Below, piece after piece: positions 56,108 to 58,518 of a DNA stretch of 58,518 nucleotides. The notes beneath the pieces were generated by a model. It worked only from the letters and a program-made list of their open reading frames with translations, made no database searches and had not been told where the DNA came from. Within the stretch, counting starts at the first letter, position 1, and each line of letters begins with the position of its first letter. Source of the stretch: Spirogloea muscicola (Eukaryota); NCBI GenBank assembly GCA_009602725.1, contig WELB01000027.1:620738-679255 (forward strand), given 5' to 3'. The position numbers and the translations under genes are program-made.

Positions 56108-58216
56108 TTACTTGGCTGCAACGCGCGCCGGCTGCAGAACCCTTGCCTCGGCCTGCCTTTTATCACCAATGACTGGGGCCTGCTTTCCAGCACCAGCAGC
56201 AGCTGCCACAGCAGCAGCCTTCTGTGTCTCCTCCTCTAGCGCCACCGCCTTGAGCGCCTCGTAGCACATGAAGAAGATGCCAGCAGCGGGCATGAGCTTG
56301 AGGCAGCTCGGCCCAAGGCCGCGGTAAAGGCCCTGAAGCCCCTGCTCGCGTGAGATACACGCCAGTGCATCCAGCGTGCTTTTGTACACCACTCGACCCT
56401 GAAGAGCGCCCACCTGCATCTGCGACATAGAGTGGTGCCAGAATTGGAAGAGCACCACATCATGTCAATACTGGAAAAAGCTTGATCACGCTAAAGTAGC
56501 TGATATGCAGAGCAGCCTGACCTTCAGAGCTTTCTATTGTGCACCACACTGGTACTATCACTGTGAAAGTCAAAAGTCAATGAGGTGCCGGCCGAACACT
56601 TCATCAGACCCAATCTTCAATGTCTAGCCAAAGCTGTGTGCAGCATTGTGTTGACATCAGCTGACGTCAATCCTGAGCATAGTATGATAAACTCAAGATT
56701 GGTTCTATGCTTCACCTGCTTCCGAGCAACCTCAAGTGGGAAAGTGGCGGTGCTCGCGATTGCGCCAGCGGCGGAGCCCATGCAGAGCGTTGAGAAGCTG
56801 TCCACCTTGTCGGTCTTGAGGACCTTCTTGTACAGGTTTCGTAGCGAGTCGTAAGCGTAGTAGTTGACCCCCGCATACGGAATCACCCCAATCATGCTGG
56901 GGAACAATCCTCTGCACAAAATTTTTACAAGCAAGACTCAATTGCCAAACTCAAAGGGACAATCTTCAGATCAATTATTTATGCCTTCTTTTGTAGCTAA
57001 GATATTTGAATGAGTATGAGACAAGACAACTTGCAACCGCAACCACAACCACATCTACATTAGTGTGATACTCCCAGCTAATATGCGTTCACAATCTCCA
57101 CACATTCTAACGTCATTGTGGCAAGACTTGAACTGAACCCGGAACCCCAAACCCTATAGTCTTCAAATCCTGAGGCCTTAGTAAGTAACATTCTTGCGAT
57201 GCACCACTGATGCCTGTTGTCGAGTCCATTTTCAAGGACACATCGTAGCTTCAGCAGACACTAAACCCTTGGCATCAAGCACTATCACACCAGGACAAAG
57301 GAGTCATGCTAGTGAGCTCCCTACCTGTACAGCTCCAGAAATCCTTCCTCCTTAACGATGCGAGCCCATGCGTCCAAGAGGCCCTTGTACTCGCCAGGCT
57401 GCATTTACCACAGATGCTTAACTTAGAATATGTCTATTTAAAGCGACAATCTATTAAACAAGGAGAGCAACACAAGCGAGCTGCAAACCACACTGAGGGA
57501 CAAAAAGTCAATGTCATGTCAAGTCCAATTAAGAAAGGATAGCTGCACTGTGCATCATCAAGTAATTAACTCATTTGCGCGCAGTAGCAATACACACAGA
57601 GAGGCCTATCCAGCCCAGAATCTGGACAATCAATGTCACCTGGACTGTCAGGCGAGTTTTTATAAGCTCTAGCGGATAGGTAACAATTGTGGACGTCATG
57701 CCCGCCACAGAGCCTGCCAGAGGTGCCACAGGCAGTGGGAACCGCGGTCGCTGGCCCTCCTTGGGAGTCAAGAAGTTCTTGGTCCGCTCATACGCAAAAA
57801 GCTGCGACAGCGAGGATGGCCAACAATGGCCGAGAACTTAGCCAGCCTACTGAAAGCTATTAGACAGCTGACTTGACGCAACAGCGTGTCTTGGGGCCAA
57901 CAATGAACTCTTACTACATCAGTACTGCACTCTTACTCGTTCTCAATCTCAACATTCATCCATAGCACAAAAATTAGTTCTTCAGTGACAATTGTGAGGT
58001 TCAGAAAGGCATTAGGCTCCAAATCGATTCGTCAACAAGGTGCTGCGAGCAAAGTGAGGTCTTTTATCCACTAACAGGACTTGTGTGCTCCAAGGATACC
58101 TCTATGCCTTTGTTGGGGGCCACCCTGAGGACGTTGACGCCATTGCCACGGAACAGCCCGGTCCAGCCCTCAGTTGCCATCACATGGGAGAACACCTCGG
58201 CCACGTTTGTCTTGCC
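56108..58216 (-). CDS. BT1: Mitochondrial carrier family adenine nucleotide transporter, BRITTLE1-like; 5'-partial
   Basis: EGWTGLFRGNGVNVLRVAPNKGIE|LFAYE; TYPLELIKTRLTVQ; GVIPYAGVNYYAYDSLR; STATFPLEVARKQ|MQVGA; GLYRGLGPSCLKLMPAAGIFFMCYEA. Px[DE]xx[KR] carrier signatures are present. Confidence 0.93.
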
Positions 58217-58395
58217 TAGGAGGTTGAAGGTGAGAGTACCATTAGCAGTGTCATCTCAGAGAACATTATGTGCTGCTCAGAACGTGAAGATAAGGTCAAA
58301 CAAAGTACTTCAAGCTCCCACATCCACTGCACTTCCCATGCTGGACCATCTTGTCCTTGATTGAGCCTATACACGAAATATTGAGGGGGGGGGAG

Positions 58396-58518
<123 letters not shown>

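Overview
Intron-rich, GC-rich nuclear DNA from a green plant. Gene content and intron positions suggest a streptophyte alga, but this is inference. The assembly has three large N gaps, six single-N collapses and a terminal poly(A) run. Reading through GT/GC-AG introns gives 15 protein-coding loci: a C2-VASt-C2-GRAM-VASt protein, cornichon, a small multi-pass membrane protein, CDKA, mnmA, an At2g34460-like NAD(P)-binding protein, a PFK5-type phosphofructokinase with a +1 frameshift, a conserved plant hypothetical protein, RsmB, a proline iminopeptidase with an in-frame TGA, two divergent plastid RPL12 copies, a class 3 lipase with a long N-terminal extension, MAK16 and a BT1-type carrier. The most notable feature is intergenic. 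Regions 36.9-41.3 kb and 49.2-50.8 kb are packed with 5'-truncated relics of a non-LTR retrotransposon with a restriction-like endonuclease (CRE-like). Their otherwise diverged 3' UTRs share a conserved ~24-nt hairpin motif, TTTGGGCTGGCYTYTCACAGCC, with about 20 copies in the window. The relics repeatedly meet tail-to-tail and form long palindromes between the two RPL12 genes. All assignments come from manual translation and motif recognition; no database searches were run.
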